A DNA stretch of 64,000 nucleotides, taken from positions 416,001 to 480,000 of the forward strand of contig CAVRZA010000002.1 in the NCBI GenBank assembly GCA_963725665.1, in the 5' to 3' direction. Position 1 is the stretch's first letter, and every line of letters starts with the position of its first letter. This stretch comes from an uncultured Actinomycetes bacterium (GTDB taxonomy: Bacteria; Actinomycetota; Thermoleophilia; UBA2241). This document shows positions 61,011 to 64,000 of this stretch, piece by piece. The notes under the pieces were generated by a model. It ran no database searches. It had not been told where the DNA came from and saw only the letters and a list, made by a program, of their open reading frames with translations. A program made the translations under genes and the position numbers.

Positions 61011-61427
61011 ATGGTGCAGGAGAAACGAGACAGACCGCTGTTCATGATCTCGGTCGCGGCCGGGCTGGCGGCGATGCACCCGCAGACGCTGCGCATGTAC
61101 GAGCGTCGCGGACTCCTGCGTCCGCAGCGGTCGGCCAAGAACACGCGCCTCTACTCCGAGCGCGACGTCGAACGCTTGCGGCGCATCCAGGAGCTCACCG
61201 AGATGGGCATGAACCTCGCCGGCGTCGAGCGCGTCCTCGCGCTCGAACAGCAGCTCGAGACGCTTCACCGGCAGGCCGAGAACCTGCGGCGGCAGCTCGA
61301 GGAGGCGGCCGATCGCCTGCGCGCTGAGGTGCGCAGGGCGGATGCCGCCCATCGCTTCGAGCTGGTGCCGGTGAGGCCGAGCGCGACCGCCATCATCGCC
61401 ACGGGACGCCGCCGGCGGGGCAGCTGA
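61011..61427 (+). CDS. hspR: MerR-family heat-shock repressor HspR
   Basis: ISVAAGLAAMHPQTLRMYER, RLYS, GMNLAGV. Confidence 0.93.
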   Translation: MVQEKRDRPLFMISVAAGLAAMHPQTLRMYERRGLLRPQRSAKNTRLYSERDVERLRRIQELTEMGMNLAGVERVLALEQQLETLHRQAENLRRQLEEAADRLRAEVRRADAAHRFELVPVRPSATAIIATGRRRRGS

Positions 61428-61490
61428 CGAGGCATCAGCGCGGCGACGCCGCGTGCAGGGCCGCGAAACGAGAAGAGAGAACACGAGGGC

Positions 61491-63902
<2,412 letters not shown>

Positions 63903-64000
63903 CGCCGTATCGCCTGAGGCTCGGTCGACGACGGCGAGCCACCCGCGGCTCCGCCGACGCGTTCGTCTACCGTAGCCGGCGGCTTCAACGTCGGGACTTC

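Overview
A 64-kb GC-rich chromosomal segment from an Actinomycetota genome. Gene content (HspR-type dnaK operon, fhaA-pstP-rodA-pbpA-pknB cluster, ino1/pgsA, and Firmicute-like DUF4446, Asp23 and PSP1 genes) suggests a deep-branching, Thermoleophilia-like lineage; this is an inference. Most of it is housekeeping: serS with tRNA-Ser, pheA, tRNA-Leu, the Ser/Thr kinase cell-wall cluster, topA-tmk-holB-PSP1, tRNA-Lys, rlmD and dnaK-hsp20-grpE-dnaJ-hspR-clp. Several genes carry single-base frameshifts that look like assembly errors. The best candidates for new biology are: (1) an inositol-lipid gene cluster pairing ino1/pgsA with an Aur1/IPC-synthase-like PAP2 protein, a PimA-like glycosyltransferase fused to a PHP phosphoesterase, a degenerate UDG-fold Fe-S protein and a presenilin-like membrane protein; (2) a secreted multiheme cytochrome with 8 CxxCH motifs, one non-canonical CxxCM motif, an inserted beta-domain and an Ig-like tail; (3) an archaeal-type topoisomerase IA at the actinobacterial topA locus; (4) a riboswitch-like leader before an NCS2 purine permease; (5) a 1.8-kb integrase-less island at tRNA-Lys; (6) a ClpC-sized Hsp100 lacking the ClpP-docking loop in the dnaK operon. 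No CRISPR array, rRNA gene, transposase or integrase was seen. All calls come from reading the sequence; no database searches were run.
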